Below are positions 1-10,669 of a stretch of DNA of 32,000 nucleotides, piece by piece. The translations under genes and the position numbers were made by a program. The stretch comes from Nitrosopumilus maritimus SCM1. GTDB taxonomy: Archaea > Thermoproteota > Nitrososphaeria > Nitrososphaerales > Nitrosopumilaceae. Every line of letters begins with the position of its first letter. Position 1 is the stretch's first letter. Location of the stretch: positions 330,001-362,000 of the forward strand of contig NC_010085.1 in the NCBI RefSeq assembly GCF_000018465.1, read 5' to 3'. Under the pieces are notes generated by a model. It ran no database searches. It was given only the letters and a program-made list of their open reading frames with translations, and had not been told where the DNA came from.

Positions 1-105
1 TATTGCTGACATGTATAATGATACGCGTCTTTCTAATTTGATTGGTTTTGTGGTTTCTTGTGATTTGAAAATTATCCTATTAATTTAAATTTCTAATTCA
101 CGTAA

Positions 106-759
106 TTATGTACACAATTTTTTTGCTCTTTTGAAAACTGCATGCCAATCTTTCCAAAGTAGTCTTCCTGTCTGTGTGTTTTGCTTTGATGGATGATATG
201 ATGTAATAACTTGCATTTCATTATATTTGAACACTTGATTATGCCCAAATTTTCCTGGCTTTACATCTAACAGCTTACAGGTTGCATCATATGCAATTTT
301 TCCTAGACACAGGATTGTTGTAACATTATTTAGAATTTGGAGCTCTTGCTCTAGGAATGAAAAGCAATTTTGCATCTCTTCTTTAGTTGGCTTGTTTTGA
401 GGTGGGGCACATCTTACTGCAGCTGTAATGTAGGCATTGTTTAGTGTTAGTCCGTCATCACTGGTTTGACTAGTTGGAATATTTGCAAATCCTGTCTTAT
501 GCATTACTTTGGCAAGCCAGTCTCCTGAAGAATCTCCCGTAAACATCCTGCCTGTTCTGTTTCCGCCATGAGCTGCAGGAGCTAATCCTACAATGAGTAA
601 TTTAGCATTGATGTCCCCAAATCCTGATAGAGGTCTACCATAGTATGTTTCATCTTTAAATCGCCTAACTTTGTTTTTGGCAACATCTCTAATGTATGCC
701 GATAATCTTGTACATCTTTGACATGATTTTATTTTTTTATTGAGAGTTTCTATTTTCAT
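106..759 (-). CDS. udg: Uracil-DNA glycosylase, iron-sulfur family 4/5 (UdgB-like)
   Basis: 217-aa ORF. The motif GLAPAAHGGNRTGRMFTGD, an N-terminal CQRC and later Cys residues (VRCAPP, QNCFSF) fit the 4Fe-4S uracil-DNA glycosylase superfamily. GLAPA rather than GEAPG is the family-5-type variant. The gene starts 12 nt downstream of the leuS stop on the same strand. Confidence 0.8.
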   Translation of the reverse strand: MKIETLNKKIKSCQRCTRLSAYIRDVAKNKVRRFKDETYYGRPLSGFGDINAKLLIVGLAPAAHGGNRTGRMFTGDSSGDWLAKVMHKTGFANIPTSQTSDDGLTLNNAYITAAVRCAPPQNKPTKEEMQNCFSFLEQELQILNNVTTILCLGKIAYDATCKLLDVKPGKFGHNQVFKYNEMQVITSYHPSKQNTQTGRLLWKDWHAVFKRAKKLCT

Positions 760-771
760 TTTTTTTGAATT

Positions 772-3639
772 TTATTCAATTAGTATTGCTGGTTTGAAAG
801 GCCTTGCATGTCTAGCTTTTCCTTTAGGATCATAAATGTTAGAATCACTTTCTGAATAAACTTCAATATCTACTCCAAACTCTTTTTGTCCCATACTTGC
901 AATTTCTGATTTTAGGAACTCTTTTTCATCAAAGCTTTCTGCTTCAAGCTTCATCTTTTTGATTTCCTCTGACTCTGAATGCAAATCCTTAATTGTTTTC
1001 TGTACAAAGTCTGGCATTTTCTTGGCATCTGTAGTATTTGGATCTGCAATGAGTTCTTTCATTACAACTCCCATGTTGTTTTGACCTCCCACCATAATGC
1101 TTAGCATCTTGCGATAGATTTTGGACTTTGTTTCATCTGAATTTACATAGATTACAATCTTTTTTGGAGTAATTTTTGTAACTTTGATAATGTTTGCAAT
1201 ATCGTCAATTGTATTCTTCAATAACTCTTCAGCTTGAATTGATGCAGCATCTACTTTGTCTGCTGAATATTCCGGCCACTGTGATTTTGAAACTAGTTCC
1301 GAGTTTCCAAGATTTTTCCACATCTCTTCGGCTACATGCGGTGCAAATGGAGACAACATTGCAACTCGAGATGAGTTGATTTGATGTAAAATTCCAGAAA
1401 CATCATCACGACCTTTAGCTGCAATTCTCTTTTGATACCAACTCAAATCAGTTTCAAATGTAAAGAGGATATCGTGTAGTGCTTCACGTAATCTCATCTT
1501 CTCAACTGCTTCTGTAATTTCTGCAATCTTGCTCTGAGTTTTGGAGAGAATCCACCTGTCTTCAGCCTGCAACTCACCAATTTCGCTTGTTTTGAGGCTA
1601 GAACATGCCTCTAAAAGCGATTCAAGCTTGCTTTGAATACCTGAAACTGATTCCATGTTAAAATCAGCATCTTGGAGCAATTCAGCTGATGAAATTATAG
1701 CTAATCTGATTGGGTCTGCACCATGATCTTTGATTGCAGCTCGTAATGGAATGATGTTTCCCATACTCTTTGACATTTTAGCTCCATCCATCATTACACT
1801 ACCATTAACAACAATCTCTTGTGGCCACAAATTCTTTTCAAATATTGCAACATGATTTAAAACAAAAAATGACAAGTGATTCTGAACCAAATCACGACCT
1901 GAATGTCTTGAATCAACTGGATAAAAATATGTAAATTCTTTTTTCATTGTATTGATTATGTCTTCAGAAAGTTTTGATGTGCTTGTAGCCAGTGAAACAT
2001 CTCCTTTATCTAACAACAGATAATCAAATAATTCCTTAGTAAGATTCTCTGGCTGTACTGTTCCATCATTTACAAATCTAGACAATGTATAATATGCCAT
2101 GTAGATTACAGAGTCCGAAAGGGATTCAACAATCCAATCATTATCCCATGGAAGTTTAGTACCTAATCCCTGTTGTCTTGCACAAGCTCGTTCATGCAAC
2201 CAATCAATTACTTCAACAAACTCTGTCTTGATGTTGTTAGGTAGAATATTCATCTCATCAAGACAATTGCGAGCCAATTCTTTCCATTCTTCATCACCGT
2301 AATTCAAGAACCATTGATTGTTCAATACTTTAACAACACATTCAGCTCCACAACGACATCTAACTGGCGCATTCTCTAATACTGGGAATTTTTCTAAATG
2401 ATTATTTTCTTGCAGCCAAGCTCTAATCTTGTCTCGTCCAAACTGTACTTTTTCTCCATCAAACTGTAAACATTTGTCGTTGAGTTTTCCGTCAGTGAAT
2501 TCTTTAAGATACAATTCCTTGGTGGCTTCTTCTAACTTGTCATCAGACTGGTCAGAGACTCCCATCTTTTCACAAATCTCTTTTGCAGGAATGGAACCGT
2601 ATCCTTCTGTAACTATTATCGGAATAGGCTCTAATTTTGAGGCTAGTTCGTGATTTTTGGCCTTCAAATCCATTAGTGCTTGATAGTCTTTAGGTGCATG
2701 TGCCGGCACGGACATTACCAATCCTGTACCCATGCTAGGCTCTACAAATTCAGCAGGCAATACTGGAATCTCTCGTCCATCATGATTAGTTGCAGTTTTG
2801 CCAATAATCTCGGAACCTGGAATTTCACCTGTAATCTCTACTTTTTTCTCAAAGAACGAAATCTTTTTTGCACATTCTTCAGACACAATCCACTCTTCTC
2901 CATCAACTGAAACTTTTTTGTAAACAGTGTTTGGATTGACCCAAAGATTCGTAATGCCAAAGATTGTTTCAGGACGTAATGTTGTAATTGGAAATATTGA
3001 ATCACCCAACTTGAATTTAATCAAGAAATTCTTATCATCAATTTTTGGTTCAACATCACCCATTGTATCGTGTTGTGATACTGGGTTTTGATCAACGGGA
3101 CACCACCCAACTGGATGACTACCTTGAATGATTCTACCCTTTTCTTTGAGTGTTGTAATCTGCCATTCAATGAACTTTTGATAACCTGGAACTATCGTGG
3201 TAAATTCTCGTCTCCAATCAATAGAGTAACCCATCTCAATCATTCCAGATTTAATCTCTTCATGGAAATAATCTGCAATCTTTATTGGTTCAACAAATGT
3301 TTTGATTGCATCTTCAGGAACATGGTAAATATTTCGTAAACCGTCTAGAATTTCTTTCTCCCCAGCTTCAATTCTCTTTGCCATACCAAGTACTGGAGTT
3401 CCAGTGTAATGGAATCCCATTGGGAACAACACATTGTATCCTTTCATCCTGTAAAATCTTGCATGAACATCAGCTAGTGTGTAAGTTCTTCCATGTCCAA
3501 TGTGTTGTGGTGAGTTTGGATATGGATAAGCTACTGTAATGAATTTTTTTGGCTTGTCATTTGGATTTGTTTCAAAGTCTTTGTTTTCTTGCCACTTGTT
3601 TCTCCACTTTGTTTCAATATCAGTCCAGTTAATCGTCAT
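772..3639 (-). CDS. leuS: Leucyl-tRNA synthetase (archaeal type)
   Basis: 955-aa ORF with the class I signatures HIGH-type (SPQHIGHGRTY) and KMSKS (GAKMSKSMGN). It has a large CP1 editing insertion, and its length is typical of archaeal LeuRS. Confidence 0.95.
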   Translation of the reverse strand: MTINWTDIETKWRNKWQENKDFETNPNDKPKKFITVAYPYPNSPQHIGHGRTYTLADVHARFYRMKGYNVLFPMGFHYTGTPVLGMAKRIEAGEKEILDGLRNIYHVPEDAIKTFVEPIKIADYFHEEIKSGMIEMGYSIDWRREFTTIVPGYQKFIEWQITTLKEKGRIIQGSHPVGWCPVDQNPVSQHDTMGDVEPKIDDKNFLIKFKLGDSIFPITTLRPETIFGITNLWVNPNTVYKKVSVDGEEWIVSEECAKKISFFEKKVEITGEIPGSEIIGKTATNHDGREIPVLPAEFVEPSMGTGLVMSVPAHAPKDYQALMDLKAKNHELASKLEPIPIIVTEGYGSIPAKEICEKMGVSDQSDDKLEEATKELYLKEFTDGKLNDKCLQFDGEKVQFGRDKIRAWLQENNHLEKFPVLENAPVRCRCGAECVVKVLNNQWFLNYGDEEWKELARNCLDEMNILPNNIKTEFVEVIDWLHERACARQQGLGTKLPWDNDWIVESLSDSVIYMAYYTLSRFVNDGTVQPENLTKELFDYLLLDKGDVSLATSTSKLSEDIINTMKKEFTYFYPVDSRHSGRDLVQNHLSFFVLNHVAIFEKNLWPQEIVVNGSVMMDGAKMSKSMGNIIPLRAAIKDHGADPIRLAIISSAELLQDADFNMESVSGIQSKLESLLEACSSLKTSEIGELQAEDRWILSKTQSKIAEITEAVEKMRLREALHDILFTFETDLSWYQKRIAAKGRDDVSGILHQINSSRVAMLSPFAPHVAEEMWKNLGNSELVSKSQWPEYSADKVDAASIQAEELLKNTIDDIANIIKVTKITPKKIVIYVNSDETKSKIYRKMLSIMVGGQNNMGVVMKELIADPNTTDAKKMPDFVQKTIKDLHSESEEIKKMKLEAESFDEKEFLKSEIASMGQKEFGVDIEVYSESDSNIYDPKGKARHARPFKPAILIE

Positions 3640-3645
3640 TGTTTC

Positions 3646-6315
3646 TTACCCTAAAATCATAGATTTTGCTTTGGATATTGCCTCGTCTTTTTTAGATGTG
3701 TCTTTTCCTCCTCCTTGAGCAAATTTGGCATCTCCTCCACCAGAACCTCCCAAAATTGAGGCTATTTTCTTGGCAATTTCGCCTGCATTTACGCCTGATT
3801 GCTCTCCTGAGAACACCATGACTCGAATTGTAGGACCTGCTTCGAAAACCCCACAAAATGCAGCAGTACTATCTTTGCCTACTAGCTTCTTTCCAAAGTT
3901 TTGATGAAAATAATCGTCATAATCTGAACTTGCTGTAAAACACAATTTTCCTTTGGTATTGATTCCATCAGATTCTACATCTTCTCCAGCAAGAACTTTT
4001 TCCAATAGAACTGGAATTTTTTCTCTAGCTTTAGATTTGTTTTCCTCTCTTTGTTTTTCTAATTGCTCTTTTGCAACTGCCTCTTCAGCTTTGCGTTTTG
4101 ATTCTTGTTCTTGTTGTTTTTCATATTCAAATGCATTAGGACCTGATACAAATTCTAAACGAACTACACCATCTTGAATACGTTTAGTCTTTGTAATTTT
4201 AATTAGTTCAATGTCTCCAGTTTTTTTGACATGTGTCCCACCACAAGCTTCAATATCTTTATCCTCAATTGATACAATCCTTACAGACTTTACTGGAACA
4301 ACACCTCCCTGGTAAATTCTAAATCCGTACTTTTGTTCTGCTGTTCCTCTATCATAATAATTGATTTTTACTGGATAGTTTTTCTTTATCATGTCATTTG
4401 CCTCATCTTCAATTTTTTGCACTTCGTCATTACTTAGAGAAGAGTGATGTGTAATATCTAATCTGGCATGATCATCGTCTTTAAAAGCTGAATGCTGCCA
4501 AATCCATGAACCCAATACTTTACGTGATGATGCATTGATGATGTGTGTACTAGTGTGATTCTTTGTAATGTTGGACCGTCTTGTCTCATCAACTTTACAT
4601 GAAACAGTTTCTCCTTCTTTTGGAACTCCACCTTCTAACTGATGAACAATAATGTCTGCATGTTTATCGACATTAATCACTTTGAATCCTGCAATACTGC
4701 CAAAGTCAGGCTCTTGACCTCCACCTCGTGCATAGAATGAGGTTCTATCAAGTACTATCATATCATCAATCACTTTGAGAACCTTGGCTGAAAACTCCAT
4801 TGGGTCATCTTGGTAGAATAGAGTTTCAGTTTCTGGTAATCCTTCTAGTGGGAGTTCTGCAATTGCCTTTTTCTTGTCTGATTGGTGTAAATCAGATAGT
4901 TTTGAGTAAAATGATGATGGAATTTCTGAAATTGCATCCACTTCTTTAAGATATTCAGGTGTAATACCATCAGATTCGTAGTATGTGATTAATTCATCAA
5001 CTGATGGTGCTCCTTTCTCTTTGATCTTGTCTGCTTTTTTCTTCATGTGAACTTTGGACTCTTCATATCTTGCAGATTCTAGCTTGAGAATAGATTTCAC
5101 ATCATCGCGCTTTTCATCAAGTTCTGGATATGTGTCCTTGAGATAATCAACATGCAAATCAATCAAGTCATCAATGTTTAATTTCAAATTTAGTTTTGAT
5201 ATGGTTGCATTGATTCTTCGCAACATCATTCTCAAGTTGTATCCTCCACCTACATTACTTGGTAGAGCTCCATCAGTAATTGCAAAAATCAAAGTTCTTA
5301 GATGATCTGCAATTAGATACATTCCTTCTAGTGGTGTGATCATCTTTTGCATCTGCTCATCTGTAATTCCTGCATTCTTTACTGCAAGACGTCTTACTTG
5401 ATTGAGGTCATCGTAATGATCAATCTCTTTTGCAATTTCTGTAAAGTATTTTCTTAAAATTTCTGAATCCGAATCAATTCCAATTGTTCCAAACAGTTTC
5501 TCATTAATTGGACCAAAACAGCAATCATATGCAGTAGGTGTTCCCATGGTAATCCATGCAAATCTCTCAAGACCTGCACCCATATCGATTACCCTTTGGT
5601 CAAGGGTGGTATGTTTTCCTAATTCGCCTTGGAATTCAGTAAAGACTGCATTTCCAAGCTCTAATCCTTGCACAAAATATTCTAATGATGGACCAAATGA
5701 ACCCCCACCTGCCCATACATCTTCAACAAAGACTACTTCGTCTTTGTTAATTCCAAATTGTTCTGTTAGTAACCTATAATCCAAATCAACACATTCATCT
5801 TTCCAGTATCCACCCAAATCAGGAACACTGTGTTGTCCTATCATACAAAATGATGAAAAATGTCTTCCAGTTACACCCACATTCTCCAAATCCTTGAATC
5901 TTAAACATGTCTGTGGTACTACCAAAGGATTTGCAGGAAACTCAAAGACAACTTTGCTTCCCATTACTCTTTGAAAATCAACAACTGATGCAATTGTAAA
6001 GTACAAGTCATCACGCCAACGACAAACAACAGGATACCTGCTAACTGAAGTGTGATTATTTTTTACAAAAAACTCTTCAACTTGTTTCCATGATTGTGTA
6101 TAATCAAATCGCTTTGAAGTTGGTGGTTCTCCGATGAATGAATAAGTATCCAATCCGTCATCAGGACACAAGTCTCTGTCTGCATTTAGAGTCCAAAAAA
6201 ATCTGCCACATTTGGCACAAGACTTTCTGATAAATCCCTGTTCTTGGAATAGTTTGACATTATAATATTTGTCAGGATCTGCTGAAAATTCTTTTAGAAT
6301 CTCTTTTTTGTCCAA
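3646..6315 (-). CDS. alaS: Alanyl-tRNA synthetase
   Basis: 889-aa ORF with an N-terminal CAKCG. The editing-domain zinc motifs H-x3-H (HTSTH) and C-x3-H (CGGTH) are present, as is a Gly-rich C-terminal end (GGSGGGDAKFAQGGG). It lies 6 nt upstream of leuS on the same strand. Confidence 0.95.
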   Translation of the reverse strand: MDKKEILKEFSADPDKYYNVKLFQEQGFIRKSCAKCGRFFWTLNADRDLCPDDGLDTYSFIGEPPTSKRFDYTQSWKQVEEFFVKNNHTSVSRYPVVCRWRDDLYFTIASVVDFQRVMGSKVVFEFPANPLVVPQTCLRFKDLENVGVTGRHFSSFCMIGQHSVPDLGGYWKDECVDLDYRLLTEQFGINKDEVVFVEDVWAGGGSFGPSLEYFVQGLELGNAVFTEFQGELGKHTTLDQRVIDMGAGLERFAWITMGTPTAYDCCFGPINEKLFGTIGIDSDSEILRKYFTEIAKEIDHYDDLNQVRRLAVKNAGITDEQMQKMITPLEGMYLIADHLRTLIFAITDGALPSNVGGGYNLRMMLRRINATISKLNLKLNIDDLIDLHVDYLKDTYPELDEKRDDVKSILKLESARYEESKVHMKKKADKIKEKGAPSVDELITYYESDGITPEYLKEVDAISEIPSSFYSKLSDLHQSDKKKAIAELPLEGLPETETLFYQDDPMEFSAKVLKVIDDMIVLDRTSFYARGGGQEPDFGSIAGFKVINVDKHADIIVHQLEGGVPKEGETVSCKVDETRRSNITKNHTSTHIINASSRKVLGSWIWQHSAFKDDDHARLDITHHSSLSNDEVQKIEDEANDMIKKNYPVKINYYDRGTAEQKYGFRIYQGGVVPVKSVRIVSIEDKDIEACGGTHVKKTGDIELIKITKTKRIQDGVVRLEFVSGPNAFEYEKQQEQESKRKAEEAVAKEQLEKQREENKSKAREKIPVLLEKVLAGEDVESDGINTKGKLCFTASSDYDDYFHQNFGKKLVGKDSTAAFCGVFEAGPTIRVMVFSGEQSGVNAGEIAKKIASILGGSGGGDAKFAQGGGKDTSKKDEAISKAKSMILG

Positions 6316-6388
6316 CGTTGATGCCTGCCATATTCCAATATTAAGAACTGTCGATTAATACTCATCTCTATATTTTAAAATGGAATGA

Positions 6389-7354
6389 ATGAAAAATAAT
6401 CATATGAAAGCCACATCCTTTGATGGAAATAAAATGATCTATGATGAAAATTACCCAGACCCAAAACCTGGTGAGTCTTTGGTACGAGTTAGTCTTGCTG
6501 GAATCTGTGGAACTGATTTGGAGATTCTAGATGGGTATATGGCATACAATGGTGTATTGGGTCATGAATTTGTTGGTGTGGTAGAAAAATCAAAAAATTC
6601 TGATTTGCTTGGAAAGAGAGTTGTGGGTGAAATTAATGCTGGATGTAATAGGTGTGATTCTTGCAAAAAGGGGTTACAAAGACACTGTCCTAATAGAACT
6701 GTTTTAGGTATTTTGAAAAGAGATGGAGCATTTGCTGAATTTTTGTCATTGCCTGAAGAGAATCTACATGTGATTCCCGATTCAATTTCAGATGAACAAG
6801 CAGTATTTGTAGAACCATTAGCTGCTGCATTTGAAATCAAAGAACAAGTGTCATTAAATCCTGATTGGAAAGTTGCAGTTGTGGGTGATGGGAGATTGGC
6901 ACAGATGATCTGTCAAGTCTTAAAATTATCTTGTCCTAATGTTACTTGTTTTGGAAGACATGAAACCAAACTGTCACATTTGGAAAAATTTAAGATTCAA
7001 ACTAAAATTGGAATCATTGACTCTGATTTACAATCATATGATTTGGTAGTAGAAGCTACTGGAAGTAATTCTGGGTTTGCAGACACTATGAAACTAGTCA
7101 AACCACGTGGGACTGTAATACTAAAATCAACAATTGCATCACGAGAAAATCTTGATTTGACTCCAACTGTAGTAAATGAGATTACTTTGATTGGTTCTCG
7201 TTGTGGATTATTCAAACCTGCAATTGATGCCCTTGCAACTGGAATTGTATCCGTTGACTCTATGGTGTATTCTACTTTTCCATTAGAGAAATTCTCTGAT
7301 GCTATACAACATGCAAAAAAACCAGACACACTCAAAGTATTCTTAAAACCATAA
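6389..7354 (+). CDS. Zinc-dependent alcohol/threonine dehydrogenase-like oxidoreductase (MDR family)
   Basis: Catalytic Zn ligand context GICGTDLE...GHEFVGVV. Structural Zn Cys cluster CNRCDSCKKGLQRHC. Rossmann segment VAVVGDGRLAQM. The true start may be the in-frame ATG at 6404, because the TATA-like box at 6369-6377 is only 12 nt from ATG 6389. Confidence 0.8.
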   Translation: MKNNHMKATSFDGNKMIYDENYPDPKPGESLVRVSLAGICGTDLEILDGYMAYNGVLGHEFVGVVEKSKNSDLLGKRVVGEINAGCNRCDSCKKGLQRHCPNRTVLGILKRDGAFAEFLSLPEENLHVIPDSISDEQAVFVEPLAAAFEIKEQVSLNPDWKVAVVGDGRLAQMICQVLKLSCPNVTCFGRHETKLSHLEKFKIQTKIGIIDSDLQSYDLVVEATGSNSGFADTMKLVKPRGTVILKSTIASRENLDLTPTVVNEITLIGSRCGLFKPAIDALATGIVSVDSMVYSTFPLEKFSDAIQHAKKPDTLKVFLKP

Positions 7355-7400
7355 CTGGAATTAGGCATTCATTAAATATAGAAAAATGTGATTATCTCTT

Positions 7401-7793
7401 ATGATGGGAGAATTTTCACTTGATGATGTCCGAAAAAGAATGGATAACGTTTTGTTAGACTCTGAGATTAGATTTTGCGGATTAATTGATCCTAAAGGTG
7501 AATTGATTGCAGGTGGATTTGCTAGTAATATAGTTCCAATGTTAAATGATAAACAAAGACAGCATCTGTATCAAGAACTAGCACACAGAGTTGCAAATAG
7601 ACAAGGATTTGATGCAGATCTTGGCAGGGTAAAATATTCTGCATCAAGAAGAGAAAATGCAGTCATGTTGAGTTTTCCCTTTGGAAAATATATTGTACTG
7701 GTAATGGCAAATCCTGGCATAAACATAGACCGATTTGCCTGGGATATTCTAAACAAATTAGGTCGTGATTGGTCTGAATTTGATAGTCTTTAA
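7401..7793 (+). CDS. Hypothetical protein, possibly Roadblock/LC7-like fold
   Basis: 130-aa ORF with no hard motif. The segments IRFCGLIDPKGELIAGGF and AVMLSFPFGKYIVLVMANPG resemble small Roadblock/LC7 (MglB-like) domains by eye only. Its stop shares a TTAA with the convergent gene. Confidence 0.5.
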   Translation: MMGEFSLDDVRKRMDNVLLDSEIRFCGLIDPKGELIAGGFASNIVPMLNDKQRQHLYQELAHRVANRQGFDADLGRVKYSASRRENAVMLSFPFGKYIVLVMANPGINIDRFAWDILNKLGRDWSEFDSL

Positions 7794-9022
7794 TTTTGAG
7801 AAATTGTTCCTCTTTCAATTAGATATGAATGAGCATTAATTGATTCTTCCTTTGAAATTTCTCCTTTCATGTACCATTCTGAGATGTTTTGTACCCATGA
7901 ATTGTTTTCATAGTTATACAATGGAGAAATTCTCAAAATTTTATCATCGTAGAGATTTGGATTGCCTCTTCCATCTTGATTACTTGTCATAAAGTATAAT
8001 CCATCCGGACCATTTGCAACATCTCTAATTCTTCCAAACTCTCCTGAAAATAATTCTCCGTGAAATAACACATTGTAACTCTCATCAAATTCTATGACGT
8101 GAATATGTTGTCCTTTAAGTGCTGCAACAAAATATTTTCCATCAAACATTGGCATGTCGTCTCCATAGTAAAATGTAGAACCTGAAGGAGCCCAAGTATC
8201 ATCACCTGAATGCAAAATTGGATTTGTTGCACCTTCTAATGTTTCATCACCAATAACATCTGGCCATCCATAGTTTGCACCTGATACTATCCAATTGATT
8301 TCATCATGTGCAACTCCACGCCATCCAGAAGGTCCATGTTCTGTTGCAATTAAATTTCCAGACTTGTCCCATGCAATTCCTTGCGGATTACGATGTCCAA
8401 TGGAGTAGATTGCTGAACCAAACGGATTATCTTCAGGAATTGTTCCATCTGACTTGATTCTCAAGATTTTTCCTGCAACTGAATTCAAGTTTTGTGAAAG
8501 TTCTGGTTCTACTGCATCCCCTGTTGTAACATACAACATTTCATCTGGTCCGAATTTTATTCGACCACCATCGTGATACGGTGCACCAGGAATATCTTCA
8601 AGCAAAATTTTCTCATGATTTAGTTTGTTGTCTGATTCAACATATTGTACTAATCTGTTCTTGATTCCAAGTAGTTCATTATACGTATAGTACACATAGA
8701 CGTAGTGATTTTTCTCAAATTCTGGATCTAGTGCAATTCCTAGCATTCCGCCTTCTCCTCCTCCCACACCTCGAGACATGATCTGGCTTACTTGTCCATC
8801 TTCAATCACATTTACTGTACCTGGTCTTTCTGTAAAGAAAATTCGTCCATCTTGTGCAAAGTCAATTCCCCATGGAATTTTGAGGTTGTCTGCAATCACA
8901 TCAACTTTTACCCCAATCTCTGGAAAAGATTCTGCATATGCACTTGTACCTCCAAGTAAAATCATTATAGATACAACAAAGATGATGTTTCTCATACTGT
9001 GCTTATCTATCTTATCATACAT
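7790..9022 (-). CDS. Secreted PQQ-dependent sugar (glucose/sorbosone) dehydrogenase-like beta-propeller
   Basis: 410-aa ORF with an N-terminal signal-like segment (IIFVVSIMILLGGTSAYA). The motifs DGRIFFTERPG, GHRNPQGIAWD and GPDGLYF are typical of the soluble GSDH family. An extra ~40-aa C-terminal tail follows the propeller. Confidence 0.8.
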   Translation of the reverse strand: MYDKIDKHSMRNIIFVVSIMILLGGTSAYAESFPEIGVKVDVIADNLKIPWGIDFAQDGRIFFTERPGTVNVIEDGQVSQIMSRGVGGGEGGMLGIALDPEFEKNHYVYVYYTYNELLGIKNRLVQYVESDNKLNHEKILLEDIPGAPYHDGGRIKFGPDEMLYVTTGDAVEPELSQNLNSVAGKILRIKSDGTIPEDNPFGSAIYSIGHRNPQGIAWDKSGNLIATEHGPSGWRGVAHDEINWIVSGANYGWPDVIGDETLEGATNPILHSGDDTWAPSGSTFYYGDDMPMFDGKYFVAALKGQHIHVIEFDESYNVLFHGELFSGEFGRIRDVANGPDGLYFMTSNQDGRGNPNLYDDKILRISPLYNYENNSWVQNISEWYMKGEISKEESINAHSYLIERGTISQN

Positions 9023-9072
9023 TAAGAATTCATTTTAGTTATTTGCCAAATTATAACAGTCTGTGACTTTTA

Positions 9073-10590
9073 TCAATTTTCTAGATTCCTTGGTAACTTT
9101 ATTGTGAATGTGGTAGGGTCGTTTTTAACTGAAATAGTTCCTTTATGTTGATCTATGATGCTCTTACAGCTTGCGAGTCCAAGTCCAGTTCCTTCTTGCT
9201 TAGTAGTGTATAATGGTTCAAAGATTTTCTCTAGTGATTCTTCTGGTATTGGTTCACCTGTATTACTAATTTCTATTTTGATTAAATGATGTTCACGTCT
9301 TATCTCGATTTTTATTTTTCCAGTTTCAGGAGTTATTGCGTAGATTGCATTTGTTATAATGTTGATAACAACAATTTCGATTAGATGATAATCACATACT
9401 ATTTCGTCATCTGTTGTGGTTTTTTCAATTGTTATGTTTTCTGGAATCTTTATGCTGCCTTCTGCTGAATCAATTATTCTTGATACTGGTATCTTTGTTA
9501 GATTTAGAGGCTTTTGTTGTACATAATCAAGTACGTTGTTTACTTGATGGCTTATTCTCTGTATGGACTCAGTAATTGAGCCTGCATATTTTTGGAATTT
9601 CTCTGAAATATCTGGGTTATTACTTAGAATATCCGTAGTCATTTGGATAACTGATAGTGGATTTCGGATGTCATGTGCAAGACGTGATGCTAAATGTCCT
9701 ATTGTAGTAATCTTTTCAGTTTTTTGCATCTCTTCTAATTGCTCTATGATAATTTGTCCTCTCTCGCTTGATTTGTTAATGTACATTATTGTAAAAAATA
9801 CTGATACAAAGACTAGAACCAAAAATACTGGAACAACATAATCATAGATGAAAAATAATTGCTTTGTATCTAATGCTGATTGTAATTGCGTACTCTTTGA
9901 AAATTCTGAAGTTTCTGATTCACCTTGTTCAACTGAAATATATTCTCCATCTCTAATCACATACAGATCCCATGAAATTGTAAATTCTATAGTTTTACCT
10001 GTTACTGGTTCTATGCTAGTTATGCATGTTTGATCACCATACACAATTTCTGGTAAAAACCTTTCATATGCATGAGAAAAATCATCTCTCATACTTTGAC
10101 ATGAAAAATTGTAAAGCTCAACATCGTTTATCTCCTTTGTTCCTTCAAAAACAAACATAGCTGGGACCCCCATATTTGGGTGGAATAGAACATAATCTTG
10201 TTTTTGTACGTTTGGTGGAAATTTGAAATACCATTGGTTGTTATCTGCATGTTTTCTTGTGTTGACATCAACATAGTATGTATTTTCATTTTCACCTATT
10301 GTTTCACTTGTAATGACGTTTGTGACAACGTAAGATGATTCTATTTCCAGGATGTTTCCATTTTGATTTACAATTTTATCTTCTGAAAAATCATTTGAGA
10401 TAACTGGTTTTGATAATTCTCTTCCTATTTCTCCTGCATATCTAACTTCTCCAATATATTGCTGAACATTCTCAAATGTTGCAGGACTATTTTTCAGTAT
10501 TTGTGTTGCAACTAATACCCAACTTCCAATAACTATAATTGCAATAATGGAAAATATGATCAAACCCCATGGGTTTTTGGCCTTTTTCAT
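9073..10590 (-). CDS. Sensor histidine kinase with large extracytoplasmic domain
   Basis: 505 aa. TM1 is LIIFSIIAIIVIGSWVLVA, followed by a ~230-aa outside domain and then TM2 (VVPVFLVLVFVSVFFTIMYI). H-box HLASRLAHDIRNPLS, N-box ITNAIYA, G-box GTGLGLASCKSII. The outside domain (FKFPPNVQKQDYVLFHPNMG..., ELYNFSC) resembles DUF3068/PorA-like domains by eye. Confidence 0.85.
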   Translation of the reverse strand: MKKAKNPWGLIIFSIIAIIVIGSWVLVATQILKNSPATFENVQQYIGEVRYAGEIGRELSKPVISNDFSEDKIVNQNGNILEIESSYVVTNVITSETIGENENTYYVDVNTRKHADNNQWYFKFPPNVQKQDYVLFHPNMGVPAMFVFEGTKEINDVELYNFSCQSMRDDFSHAYERFLPEIVYGDQTCITSIEPVTGKTIEFTISWDLYVIRDGEYISVEQGESETSEFSKSTQLQSALDTKQLFFIYDYVVPVFLVLVFVSVFFTIMYINKSSERGQIIIEQLEEMQKTEKITTIGHLASRLAHDIRNPLSVIQMTTDILSNNPDISEKFQKYAGSITESIQRISHQVNNVLDYVQQKPLNLTKIPVSRIIDSAEGSIKIPENITIEKTTTDDEIVCDYHLIEIVVINIITNAIYAITPETGKIKIEIRREHHLIKIEISNTGEPIPEESLEKIFEPLYTTKQEGTGLGLASCKSIIDQHKGTISVKNDPTTFTIKLPRNLEN

Positions 10591-10669
10591 CTACACTATC
10601 TTTTTTTTAAACCGTATAAATTGAATCCTTTTTGATACCCATAAATACAGAACATGACACAATGTATGC

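Noticed and set aside
1-105. Window edge upstream of udg, checked for a partial gene or RNA.
   Set aside because: No frame stays open to the edge with protein-like sequence, and no RNA-like structure is present. It is treated as intergenic or 3' flank.
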